From assembly GCA_030390025.1 (NCBI GenBank), contig CM059432.1, positions 18,292,001-18,356,000 on the forward strand: a stretch of 64,000 bases of DNA, read 5' to 3'. Made by a program: the position numbers and the translations under genes. The notes beneath the pieces were generated by a model. That model was not told the DNA's origin, made no database searches, and saw nothing but the letters and a program-made list of their open reading frames with translations. Positions within the stretch are counted from its first letter, which is position 1, and every line of letters begins with the position of its first letter. Below are positions 46,059-58,900 of this stretch, piece after piece. This DNA comes from Squalus acanthias. Lineage: Eukaryota.

Positions 46059-48190
46059 GAACATAAGAACATAAGAAATAGGAGCAGGAGTAGGCCATTT
46101 GGCCCTTCGAGCCTGCTCTGCCATTCAATAAGATCATGGCTGGTCTTCTACCTCATCTCCACTTTCCTGAACTATCTCCATGTCCCTCGAGTCCCTTAAT
46201 ATTCAAAAATCTATTGATCTCTGTCTTGAATATACTCAACAACTGAGCCTCCACAGCCCTCTGGGATAGAGAATTTGTAAAATTCGCAATTATCGCGATT
46301 CGAAATAACGAGATAAAGCAGATTCGTTTCATCAGTTTTATTTCAACGAAATGCTGTCATGATTAAACAGGACACAGAAGCCTGTAAAATGGCCGCCGCG
46401 CCTCGTGGCAGAAGCTTCCAGAATTTTCAGTGGGCAGACAAAATGGCGTTCGAATAAACATTTCAGTAAAGATTGGTTAATACGCAGCAAACACTGGTAA
46501 AGACAGGATGCAACCTGTCTGCATTCGACACAATAGCAAAGATATAAGTGCTGGAATCATTTTCCATGCACAAGTAAGGACCATTGTAATGGGCAATCGA
46601 AGGCCCATCCAGATACATCAATACGCAAATTCCCCACGGCTCTACAATGAGAGAGCCATTCTCGGGTGATTAAGTCAGTATTCGAGGAGGCCCCAAAACC
46701 AGTCAGGGAGACTCCTAGCTGGTTCGACAATGGGGAAAACATTAACGAGTAGTTGGCCAGTTTAAGGTGCTACCGAAACCCATTAAAGGAAAGAATCACC
46801 CCATACTGGGAATTTTGAGCGCCAAGATTTTACAAAGGATGAACATTAAGATTTGGGCGGGAGATAAGGGAACACAGCACTATAACTATAGTGAACAAAT
46901 GTCCATCGGTCTCTTGACTCTTATCTTGCTGCTGGCTGCTGAACTCTCTTATTCCTCTTATCCTCCCGGGGCTGATTCGTTTGAACTGACTCTGGACGCG
47001 GGCTGAACTTTTATTCTCCTATGTTGGGTGGAGCTCAATTTGGAGCGAGCCGCCTCAACGAAGGCCAGTGACCGGGTGCACCATCCCGAGGGTCGGTAAC
47101 CGGCGTTCTGGACCCGAAGGCCCGACGAGACGAGATGAGAAGAGAAGAAGAAGAATCCACGTGCCACCGTGGTCAGTAAACCCCGACCGCGCCCGTAAAT
47201 ATAAAGACCATTTTTGAACTCTATCAGGTTGCTGCCGAACCAGTGGAAGACTCTCTTTCGAATTCTATCGACAACCGGTGTCAATACAGGAAGACTCTTC
47301 TTTGAATTTTACCGGCTAACTGGTGTCGGTCCAGAAAGACTTTTCTTTGAGTTCTACAGCCGGGCCCGAGCACTGTCGAATTCTTCATGACAACGGGGAG
47401 CCCAGCCTGCTAGCCGGAGCAGAGAAGATAAACAAGTGGGGTACAGAGACCCCTTCCAACACGTGACAGTCAGGTGTTGCAGCGAAACAAGCCGAGTGCC
47501 TCGTTTAAAATTCTCCGAAGTATCACGAGTGGTGAGCATGTTTCCCGATCCTACAAATCTAGATTAGTGTAGGTATTGATAGGGGAGGGTGGTTTTATTA
47601 AGGATAAATATAATGTGTTCCCCTTTTTATGATGTGCCGTGCGTTCCTCATTACCCTAGACCAAGTTTTATGAATGTATGTATACTTGTACTGTCATTAA
47701 TTTGTGCCTATGACATGTACTTCATGATTTTGGACGTTATGCAATAAAGATTTCCATTTCGTACTATTCAACCGGGTCTATCTGAGTTTTTCTCTGCATT
47801 ACTGCTCTCGCATCTAAGTCCAGTGTTAGAACCGTAAGGGCGAGTGGGTCGAACCACTCACAGGTGCTTATTGCAACAAGGCTGGCCGGAGACCAGAGCA
47901 AGCAATAGTATTAGGCAACGAAGGCCTAACCCCGCACAAGCACCCCGAACCGAAACCCCTTACAAATTCCAAAGATTCACCACCCTCTGAGTGAAGAAAT
48001 TTCTCCTCATCTCAGTCCTAAATGGCTGACCCCTTATTCTGAGACTGTGACCCCTGGTTCTAGACTTCCCAGCCAGGGGAAACATCTTCCCAGCATCTAC
48101 CCTGTCAAGCCCTGTAAGAATTTTGTATGTTTCAATGAGATCACCTCTCATTCTTCTAAACTCTAGAGAATATAGGCCTAGTCTACTAAG
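46059..48190 (-). mobile_element. CR1 3' fragment split by the solo LTR
   Basis: Tail at 46059; AGAGAATT|CCAAAGATTC reconstituted across the LTR; ORF 47960-48151. Confidence 0.85.
46276..47964 (+). mobile_element. Solo LTR (1689 bp) of an LTR retrotransposon or ERV
   Basis: TGTAA...TTACA termini; 4-bp TSD AATT/AATT; TATAAA 47200-47205; AATAAA 47743-47748; no long ORF. Confidence 0.85.
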
Positions 48191-49330
48191 CTCTGGAAAT
48201 CCCTCCCTAAACCGCTTTGCTTCTCTACATCTCTCTCCTCATTTAAGACACTCCTTAAAACCTACCTCATTGGCCCTCATCTGTCCTAATATCTCCTTAT
48301 GTGGCTCGGTATCAAATTTTGTTTGATAACACTCCTGTAAAGCGCCTTGGGCTGTTGTACTACGTTAAAGGTGCTACATAAATGCAAGTTCTACCATGGC
48401 TGATGACACCTCTTTGGAACCCCACCACTCCACAGCAGAACAGGTACAACAGTAGCCACATCATCTCAAGGTGCGTCATGGAGCAGGCCATTGAGATGCT
48501 GAAGTTGAGGGTCAGGTGGCTTGACAGAGCTGAAGGCTGCCTGCAATACTCGCCAGCCAGAGTGTCCAGAATAATAGTAGCATGCTGCATAACATCGCTC
48601 AACAAAGTGGCCAAGAGGTGCAGGACTCGTCATCCGATGAGGACGATGTTTTGGTCCTCATGTCTTATTGACTGAATATGTCCCAGGGTTTTGGAATTCA
48701 ATTCAGTGCTCAATCCTGCACCTCAAAATATTTGCAAATATGTAACTGGAGTCATCCAAGGCCCCCCCCCCCCCCCCACCCCCACGTATCTACACAGCAA
48801 TTTCTTTCACTGTATAAAGAGCGCTGGTCATACCAGCTGCTGTATTGAGTGTTTGACATCTGGCAGATCATAAATCATACTTCTAGAATTTTTGTAATAT
48901 TTGTTCTTGGCAAGAATAACTGTTTCAAATAAGTAGCTGTAAAATGAAACACTATATCACTTTAATTGGTTGTAAATAAAACATGTACTGTACTTTGGTG
49001 ATCTCGAAAATGTAATTTTCACAGAATAGCCCTATCTAATCTCAGCGTTGGCTGGGTTTGAAAATAAATCTCGGAAATCACACAGTAATTTATGAAAAGA
49101 GCTCATATTTAGTTGCAAAAATATTTCAGCTTGTGGTCTGTAAACAACATTCTAATCCCAAGCATTTAACCTGTAGATCTTTGTATTAGTGAGACATTAA
49201 TGAAAGCTCAGTTTTGCCAAAGAAATGATTCATTTTAAAGTGATATTATAGATGGTAAATAGCATGTCAAATATTTTACCAGGTATAGAAGGCCAATCGT
49301 ACAAACAATCAGATACACAACCCCACCTTA

Positions 49331-50165
49331 GGTGTCAGTCGTGGCTCAGTGGGTAGCGTTCTTGCCTCTGAGTCCCACTTCAACCACTTGAACTCAAAAT
49401 CCAGTCTGACACTTCAGTGCAGTACTGAAGTACTGAAGGAGTACTGCACTGGCAGTTGTGCTAGCCTTCTGATGAAATGTTAAACCAAGGCCCCGTCTGC
49501 CCTCTCAGGTGAATGTAAAAGATCCCATGGCACTATTTTGAAGAAGACCAGTGGAGTTCTCCCCGGTGCCCTGGTCAATATTTATCCCTCAACCAACTTC
49601 ACTAAAACAGATCATCTGGTCATTATCACATTGCTGTTTGTGGGAGCTTGCTGTGTACAAATTGGCTGCTACGTTTCATACATTACATAAGAACATAAGA
49701 CGTAGGAGCAGGAGTAGGTCATTTGGCCCCTCGAGCCTGCTCCGCCATTCAATAAGATCATGGCTGATCTGATCTTGGCCTCAACTTCACTTCCCTGCCT
49801 GCTCCCCATAACCCTTGACTCCCTTACCTTTCAAAAATCTGTCTATCTCCACCTTAAATATATTCAATGACCCAGCCTCCACAGCTCTCTGGGGAAGAGA
49901 ATTCCAAAAATTCATGACCCTCAGAGAATAAATTCCTCCTCATTTCCGATTTAAAAGGGTGCCCCCCTTATTCTGAAATTATGCCCCCTAGTTCTAGATT
50001 CCCCCACGAGGGGAAACATCCTCTCTGCATCTACCCTGTTAAGCCCCTTCAGAATCTTATATGTTACAACAGTGACTACACTTCAAAAGTGCTTCATTGG
50101 CTGCAAAGTGCTCTTGAACATCCTGAGGTCGTGAAAGGCGCTATATAAATGCAAGACTTTCTTCT
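49331..50165 (+). mobile_element. tRNA-derived DeuSINE-type SINE (SacSINE1-like), interrupted by a minus CR1 3' fragment (~49685-50063)
   Basis: A-box GTGGCTCAGTGGGTAG; Deu-domain-like GTTAAACC.AGGCCCCGTCTGCCCTCTCAGG..AAAGATCCCATGGCAC; L2-like tail. Confidence 0.75.
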
Positions 50166-51295
50166 TAATGACTGCAGTACCTTAACAATGTGTGACTTTT
50201 TTCCCCACCCATATTCTTCTTCCCATTCTACAGGTAATAACTTATGCTGAGTACATTGCATGGATTCTGACAACTTTCTGTTCTCTCGCTCAAGTGGCCA
50301 TTCTACAAACCTCATAAACTGGTCAGCTGCCTGAATCTCAGCCTCTAAGAATTGGCAAGCTATTTAGCAGCAAAGTGCACCACAGCAGAGCCCAATCCTG
50401 CCCTTACCCGATGTCTGCATACATGCACCTTCTCGCACAGGTTACTGGACAGTGATCAGGAATGGGAATCCTGACGGACTTTTATACCGGGGGCACTCAG
50501 AATGATTGTAGGTTTCTTGCTGCTGTGTCAACTGAGATGAGCCAATCCAGCAAACTCAGACTGGGGACTGAGGCCAGGAATTTCCTCTTCAGTCACTCTC
50601 TGTACCACCCTCGGCAGTGCATTTACCCAGGAGCGAAATATTTTGCCTTTTTCTAACCCAGAATCAGTGCGCTATAAGGGCGGCAAACTCTCTTCCGCTA
50701 CAACCATCCAGTTCCTTGGCTTGGTCATGCAAACGAACTGACCCTGGGGGCGAACAAGTGGTGAAGATGGCTGGAGATGGTGAGATTCTTGAAGAAAGCT
50801 TCGTCCTACTGGTTGCACTTGATGGTTTTGACGTTTTGCAAAGCCTACTTCTGCCATTGGTGGAAAAATGCAGCATTTTGAGGAAAAAAAAACAATTCTT
50901 GTCCCTAAAATCCAAAAGCCATTAAGGATAATTAGCTGGACAAGGATAAGGTATCAAAGCCTGTCAATCAGCCCAACAACTCCCTCAAACAGTAAATATG
51001 GCCTCTAAAAGTTGAAGCAATTTCATTTGAGATTGAATTATAATCAAAAGCAAAAGTCTGCAATGTTAGTGGTGGCAGTTTGGTGAATGTTGTGCTCATC
51101 AAGAAGCAAGGTGTGAACACTGGGAGCAGATCACTTATCCACTTTTGCACCTTTGTGTCAACATCAAGGGCTCTCAGGCCACAGTGAGGGCTAGATCTGA
51201 GGTAAAGCCTCCTTTACATCATCAACAATGGGAGGGCTTACGCTTCACTTGTGTGAGTCTGTTCCACCTATCTATTACTCTGGGGAAACAATCTT

Positions 51296-52023
51296 GGGGG
51301 TGAAATTCCCCGAGAGGGCTGTTTGGGGGCGCTAAGTAAAAAATGTTTGGAAAGTTAGTGCCAGGCGCTAACCTTTTCAAACATTAGTGAAATTTTCATT
51401 TTTTCTTCCAAGAGGGAAGTGGAGCGCTGAATCAAGCGCTCCACTCCTCTTGGAGCGCAAGAGGCAGGGAACGTCCCGATCCAGGGCGAGGTGCTCAGCA
51501 GCGCCGCAAGTGGCCAAGCGTGGCGCTGCCGCGTTGCAGGGGCTCTTCCCTGCATTAAAGGGAAGGGCCCCACGCTGCGAGCTCTGCAGGTTTATATTTA
51601 GATATGTGGGCCACCGGGGAACGGGAGTGCTGCATGGGCGCCGCGACCAGTGGCCAGAAATAACTACAAAAAAACCGGCAGATTTTATTTGGCCGGCCGC
51701 CCACCGCGCCTTTGAGTTGTGCCCTGCGAGCGGCCGGCCGGCCTCAGTGTTCGCGACCCCTGCAGCAGTCGGTAACATCACCCAGCGCTGCTGCGGGGCG
51801 CCAGGGGGAATTTTTCTTCCGAGGCGCTACCGGGGCGCTGCGACGGAGAGGACATCACGATCTCCGGGCACAGAAGATCGGGGCGCTACCTGGTAGCGCC
51901 GCCGCTAACCTCCTGCAGAATTTTGCGGGAGGAGAGGTTATCGCCTCGGGGAGGTGCAAAGCCATTCACACCCCGTTAGCGCCTCCCGCCGGAGGCGCAA
52001 ACAAGGGGAATTTCGCCCCCCCC
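51296..52023. mobile_element. Harbinger-type MITE (~730 bp)
   Basis: TIR GGGGGTGAAATTCCCC / GGGGAATTTCGCCCCC; flanks CTT/CTT; GGCGCTAA subterminal motifs. Confidence 0.85.
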
Positions 52024-52629
52024 CTTATCTCTTGTCTGACTTGAGTCTTGTCCTTTTCAAGCCTGTTGCTCACAATGTAAGTTAAATAGTTTGCTTCCAT
52101 CTACATCATCAATGCTTCTCAGCATTAGCATTCTAAAGACCTGGATTGTGTTCTCCCCTCAATCTTCTTTTCTCCGATGAAAACAAAATGCTTGAGTACA
52201 CAAGCAGTCTGACCTCCACCGGGATCAGCTGGAGTGACAGGCATGACGTGTTTGAGGACAGCATCTGCCACTAAGCCACGAGGTAGCCGGGAATAGAGAT
52301 GCTGCAGGCGGGAGACAACGTTTGGCTAGTCTGCTCGTTCGACTCTTAATGAATACTGCAATCCTGAGCGGGCAGCAAGCAAAAAAGCCGATATGACTTG
52401 CTTTGTGAGGAAATATCTCCAAATCTGTGCCGCACTGAAAGTGATGGCTTCCTCCAATTGCTTTATAAATATTGGTCACTGCCTGGTGTTAAAATGCGCA
52501 CATTGAGATTAAACTTGTGCTACCACAAATCACCTTTTGAGTTTTCATAACTTCAGTGACTACTGCTTCAGATACGACCTTGAAGAGTTGGAAGTGACAT
52601 TTGTTTTAACAAAGCAGCAAATGTTTTTT

Positions 52630-53405
52630 TTTGGATTCGTTTCAGGATGTGGGCGTCACTGGCAAGGCCGGCATTTATTGCCCATCCCTAATTTCCCTTG
52701 AGAAGGTGGTGGTGAGCCGCCTTCTTGAACCGCTGCAGTCCGTGTGGTGAAGGTACTCCCACAGTGCTGTTAGGTAGGGAGTTCCAGGATTTTGACCCAG
52801 CGACGATAAAGGAACGGCGATATACTTCCAAGTCAGGATGGTGAGTGACTTGGATGTGAACTTGGAGGTGGTGGTGTTCCCATGCTCCTGCTGCCCTTGT
52901 CCTTCTAGGCGGAAGAGGTCATGGGCTTCTGAGGTGCTGTCGAAGAAGTCTTGGCGAGTTGCTGCAGTGCATCTTGTAGATGGTACACACTGCAGACACG
53001 GTATGCCGGTGGTGGAGGGAGTGAATGTTTAAGATGGAGGATGAGGTGCCAATCAAGTGGGCTACTTTGTCCTGGATGGTGTCCAGCTTCTTGATTGTTG
53101 TTGGAGCTGCACTCATCCATCACACTCCTGACTTGTGCCTTGTAGATGGTGGAAACGCTTTGGGGAGTCAGGAGGTGAGACACTCGCCGCAGAATACCCT
53201 GCCTCTGACCTGCTCTTGTAGCCACAGTATTTATGTGGCTGGTTCATTAAGTTTCTGGTGACTGCCCACGATGTTGATGGTGGGGGATTCGGCGATGGTA
53301 ATGCCGTTGAATGTTAAGGGGCTGTGGTTAGACTCTCGCTTGTTGGAGATAGTCATTGCCTGGCACTTGTGTGGCACGACTGTTACCTGCCACTTATCAG
53401 CCCAA
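52630..53405 (-). mobile_element. LINE-B 3' fragment
   Basis: Same C-terminus and 3' UTR as 18382-19000. Confidence 0.85.
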
Positions 53406-54934
53406 TTGAACACAATTCTTCATTTATTTTCTGCTCTTCCAAAAAAAACTTTCCATCCACAGCTATTTCCCCTCTTCCTACCTTTTAGACTTTTCTCCCT
53501 TTCTCTCCTGCAGGTGCTGACTCATGTTGGGATGCGATTCCTTGGGAATATTTCGCCTAAGTGGCAGTCGTTCATATTTGGAGCCAGTCAGTAGGGCCCT
53601 GAATTTCCGTGGGATTCTCCCGATCTACCAACGTAACTTTGGCGGAAACAATGGAAAAAAGGCGTAAATGGCTAATTACAGCAGTTTATGTCATTGCTCT
53701 GGCGGTTACACCAATCTCCCACTGGAGAACCTCCGTGGAAATTCCAGGCAAGAGTGTCAGTATGTTAGGAATGCCAGCAGGAAAAGTTGCATTAAAAAAT
53801 ACATTTTATGCTACAGACTCCATTTTGTAACAAATAGATGGCTTTACCAGAATCCGCAGCCACAGGTAAGTGGGAACATGTTGATAAACAGCTCAGACAT
53901 TTAAGGCCTTCACGGCTGGTGCAAGCTGTAATCGCAATGATAGTTGTTTTGTTCTTTGCGCAGTTATGTGTATCATTTCCTCTAATAAATCTGGAAGTGA
54001 AAGATGCTGCATGTAGAGCCCTCATTCTTAGCACAGAGACAACAGTTTCAGGCTTGTCTCTCTGGTGCTTGTCAAATTGTAGGTTATTTGACTGTGTGAG
54101 GCCTCACACTAAGTTCAGTTCTATCCTTATCTAACCTCCACACACATGCATTGGATGGTGATCAAAAATGGGAACCATGGCTGATTTTTTTTCCCCCCGT
54201 CCAGGACTCAGGGGAGCTTTGGCCAGTTCTCATAGCCTCAGCTGATAGCAGCTAGCTGAGCACAGACAAGGGGCCAATTGGGATTTTCGGGTTTGTACGG
54301 TGGAGTTTCACACTATGTAGTGCAATTACCATCTAAGCCAGCAGGGGAGCTTCATTTTAAGTTACATCCGCAATGCTTTAGAAAATATTGACATTTTCCT
54401 AATGTATCATTTTCAACATTATTTCATGTTTAAACCTGCATTTCATTCCCCCCTGGAAGAATGAATCATTTGCATCACTTGCAGCGAAAAATTTGCATCC
54501 TAATAAATTAAGGTTTCAAATCACAAAATGCCACTCATTTTAAATGACAAAACATTTAAAACGTTGAATATTCCATAACTTTAACATCAAGCTAGGCATA
54601 ATAAGTAAAGTTTGAATTTCACATAAAGTTCAACATAGGCATAAAAATACCGGTTGAGCTGGCTCATTCGAAGACTGCTCCTTGGCAATGTGAGTTCCTA
54701 ACACAATATAATCTGAGAGAGTTTCAGTAAATTATGTGGAATAATACATAAAGCCCAATGAGTTAATGATAATCGACACTTGGTAATAAAACATTTTCAG
54801 TTCATTTTTTCCATGCATGTTTTTACATTGGAATGATGATACAGTCATCAGGAGAAGCTCTCTGTTTGATATTAGTGCGCTCTGATCATTCATCACATCG
54901 TTTGGTCCTATTCTTAGGACCTCATTCATCAAAT

Positions 54935-55830
54935 GGTGTCAGCTGTGGCTCAGTAGGTAGCACTCTCACCTCTGAGTCAGAAGGTTGTGGGTTACATAGG
55001 AATATACGAATAATGACGGACAGGTAAAGACTCTCTGGTCCATCAAGCCTGTCCCACACAATTGCGATTGGTTGTGTAGCACAATATATAGACTCCACCC
55101 CACCCAAAACCATGTGATCTCCTGGGAGAGGTAAAAAACCAGGTAAAAACACAGGCCAGTTTGGGAAAAAAAATCTGGGAAATTCCTCTCCGACCCATCT
55201 AGGCGATCGAAATTAGTCCAGGAGATCACTCTGGCCCTGAATTATCCGCAGTACCTACCTTCTGTAAGAGGTGATCTCCGCCCCAGCCAGAAACAAATCC
55301 AGCTCTCGCTTGCAGGAATTCAGCGAGTCCACGTCCACCACACGAGACACCAGCCTGTTCCAAAGGTCACTATTCTCTGGGAAAAGAGCCACCTCCTGAT
55401 ATCTAACCTAGATCTAGGTTCAAGTCCTACTCGAGAGACTCAAGCACAAAAATCTAGGCGGACACTCCAGTGCAGTACTGAGGGAGTGCTGCACTGTCAG
55501 AGGTACTGTCTTTCAAATGAGATGTTAAACCGAGGCCTGTCTGCCCTCTCAGGTGGACGTAAAAGATCCCATGGCATTATATTGAAGAAGAGCAGGGGAG
55601 TTATCCCTGTTGTCCTGCCCAATATTTATCCCTCAATCAACATCACTAAAACAGATTATCTGGTCATTATCACATTGCTGTGTGTGGGAGCTTGCTATGC
55701 GCCAATTGGCTGCCGCCTTTCCTACATTACAACAGTGACTACACTTCAAAAGTGCTTCATTGGCTCTAAAGGGCATTGGGACGTCCTGAGGTCATGAAAG
55801 GTGCTATATAAATGCAAGACTTTCTGTCTT
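54935..55830 (+). mobile_element. DeuSINE-type SINE with a CR1-type 3' fragment (54994-55416, minus) inserted in its B-box
   Basis: A-box at ~54945; GGTT|insert|GGTTCAAG; Deu-like body 55470-55700; tail at 55800-55830. Confidence 0.75.
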
Positions 55831-55979
55831 TCAAATGTGATAAAGAGAGCGTGAATGAGTCTGGAGACATGGAATCACTCCAATAATTAATGTATTGGGA
55901 TTTTTTACTGTGATGCAAATCTATCTAACCGTACTCCACATTGACTATTCTTGATGTGATTTTTATTGCATCTGGTCAA

Positions 55980-58900
55980 CATAAGAAATAGGAGCAGGAG
56001 TAGGCCATTTGGCCCCTCGAGCCTGCTCCGCCATTCAATAAGATCATGGCTGATATTCTATCTCAACTCCACTTTCCTGCACTATCTCCATATCCCTTGA
56101 TTCTCTTAACATCCAAAAATCTATCGCTCTCTGTCTTGAATATACTCAATGACTGAGCCTCCACAGCCCTCTGGGGTAGAGAATTCCAAAGATTCACCAC
56201 CCTCTGAGTGAAGAACTTTCTCCTCATCTCAGTCCTAAATGGCCGACCCCTTATTCTGAGACTGTGACCCCTGATTCTAGACTCCCCAGCCAGGGGAAAC
56301 ATCCTCCCTGCATCTATCCTGTCAAGCCCTGTAAGATTTTTGTATGTTTCAATGAGATCACCTCTCATTCTTCTAAACTCTAGAGAATATAGGCCTTGTC
56401 TACTCAATCTCTCCTCATAGGACAATCCCCCCATCCCAGGAATCAGTCTGATGAATCTTCATTGCACTCCCTCTATGGCAAGTATATCTTCCTTAGGTAA
56501 GGAGACCAAAACTGTACACAATACTCCAGGTGTGATCTCACCAGGGCCCTATATAATTGCAGTAAGACGACTTTACTCTTATACTCAAATCCTCTTGTAA
56601 TAAAGGCCAACATACCATTTGCTTTCCTAATTGCTTGCTGTACCTGCATATTAACTTTCAGTGATTTGTGTACAAGGACACCCAGGTCCCGCTGAACACC
56701 AACATTTCATAAATCCGTGTTGACTCTGCCCAATCCTATTATTATTTTCTAAGTGCCCTGTTACCACGTCCTTAATAATAGATTCTAGCATTTTCCCTAC
56801 TACTGATGTCAGGCTAACTGACTTATAGTTCCCCATTTTCTCTCTTCCTCCTTTCTTATATAGTGGGATCACATTTTCTACCTTCCAATCTGCGGGAGCT
56901 GTTCCAGAATCTATGGAATTTTGGAAGAGGACTACCAATGCATCCACTATCTCTACAGCCACCTCTTTTAAAACCCTAGGATGTAGGCCAACAGGTCCAG
57001 GAGATTTATCGGCTTTTAGTCCCATTAATTTCTCCAGTACTATTTTTTTACTAATACTGGTTTCCTTCAGTTCCTCACACTCACTAGAGCCTTGGTTCTC
57101 TACTATTTCCGGAACGAAGACAGACACACAGTATTTGTTTAATTTCTCTGCCATTTCCTTATTCCCCATTATAATTTTTCCTGTCTCAGCCTGTAAGGGA
57201 CCCACCTTTAATTTTGCTAATCTTTTCCTTTTTACATGCCTATTGAAGCTTTTACAGTCTGTTTTTATGTCTCTCACTAGTTTACTCTCATTCTATTTTC
57301 CGTATCTTTACCAACTTCTTGGTCCTCCTTTGCTAAATTCTAAAATCCTCCCAAACCTCAAGCTTACTACTCTTTTTGGCAACATTATAGGCCTCTTCCT
57401 TTAATCTAATACTATCTTTAATTTCTCTTGTTAGCCACGGGTGCACCATTTTTCCCGTGGTGTATTTTTTCCTTAAGGGAATGTATATTCATTGCAAATT
57501 ATGAATTATTTCTTTAAATGTTTGCCATTGCCTTTCTACTGTCATATCTTTTAATCTAGTTTCCCAACCTACCTTCGCCAACTCACCTCTCATACCTACG
57601 TAGTTTGCTTTGTTCAGGTTTAGGACCCTAGTTTCGGACTTAACTAAATCACTCTCAAACTCAACATAAAATTCTATCATATGATGATGACTGCTCCACA
57701 GAGACTCCTTCACTACAAGGTTATTAATTAACCTTGTCTCATTGCACAATACTAGATCTAAAATAACCAATTCCCAAGTAGGTTCCTCGACATACTGATC
57801 TAGAAAACTATCTTGAATGCATTCCATGAACTCTTCCTCTGCACTATTACTACAAATTTGGCTTGCTCTGTCTTTATGAAAGTTAAAGTCCCCATGATTA
57901 CTGTATTACCCCTGTTACATGCATCTCTAATTTCCTGATTTATTCTCTGCCTGACACTACAACTACTGTTTGGGGGCCTATAAACAACTCCCACTGGTGT
58001 TTTCTGCCCCTTGTTGTTTCTTAGCTCCATCCAAACTGATTCTACATCTTGTTTTTCCAAGCCAAGATCCTTTCTCTCTACTGTTTTTATCCCTTCCTTT
58101 ATTATCAGGGCTACCCCCACTCCTTTTTCATTCTGCCTGTCTCTTTTAAAAGTCAAATATCCTGAAATATTTAGTTCCCAACCTTGGTCACTCTGCAGCC
58201 ACGTCTCTGTAATGGCTATTAAATCAAACCCATTTATTTCTATCTGTGCTATTAATTCATCTATTTTGTTGTGAATGCTTCGTGCATTCAGATATAGTAC
58301 CTTTAGCTTTAACTTTTTTCTATTTTTCCCTGATGTCACTTTAGTCACTGGTGCCCTATTACATTTATTAATCTCTCTGTTCCTTCCTGACCCACTCTGC
58401 TTACCATTACCCAGATCACTACTCTTCTCTACAGCCTTTACATTTCTCTTACTGCTTTTGAAATCACCCTTTCCTGAATCCTTCCACACCCCCCCTATCT
58501 AGTTATTCAATTCGCCAGGACACTGGTCCCAGCCCGGTTTAAGTGGAGGCCGTCCCAACAGAACAGCTCACTCTTTCCCCAGTAATGATGCCAGTGTCCC
58601 ATGCATCGAAACCCCTTCCTCTCACACCACTCTTTGAGCCATGCATTTAACTCTCTGATCTGCTTGTCCCTATGCCAATTGGCAGGTGGCTCAGGTAACA
58701 ATACAGAGATTATTACCTTTGAGGTTCTGCGTTTTAATTTGGACCCCAACTCCTCAAACTTTCTCAGCAGAACCTCACTCCTAGTTCTACCTATGTCGTT
58801 GGTTCCTACGTGGACCACGGCCACTGGATCCTCCCTCTCCCACTCCAAGTTCTTCTCCAGCTGCGATGAGATATCCTTAACCCTGGCACCGGGCAGGCAA

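Larger units (their letters stand above)
45660..48390 (+). mobile_element. L2-type LINE 3' fragment (45660-46058 and 48190-48390)
   Basis: [35 protein letters not shown] repeated at the junctions; tail GGTGCTACATAAATGCAAGTT. Confidence 0.75.
45150..48620 (+). pseudogene. Decayed Harbinger transposase split by nested L2, CR1 and LTR insertions (pieces ~45150-45660 and ~48390-48620)
   Basis: [42 protein letters not shown]; then PWLMTPL..EQAIEMLKLR.R.LD..LQYSP. Confidence 0.8.

Noticed and set aside
49331..49400. tRNA gene
   Set aside because: tRNA-derived SINE head; no complete cloverleaf.
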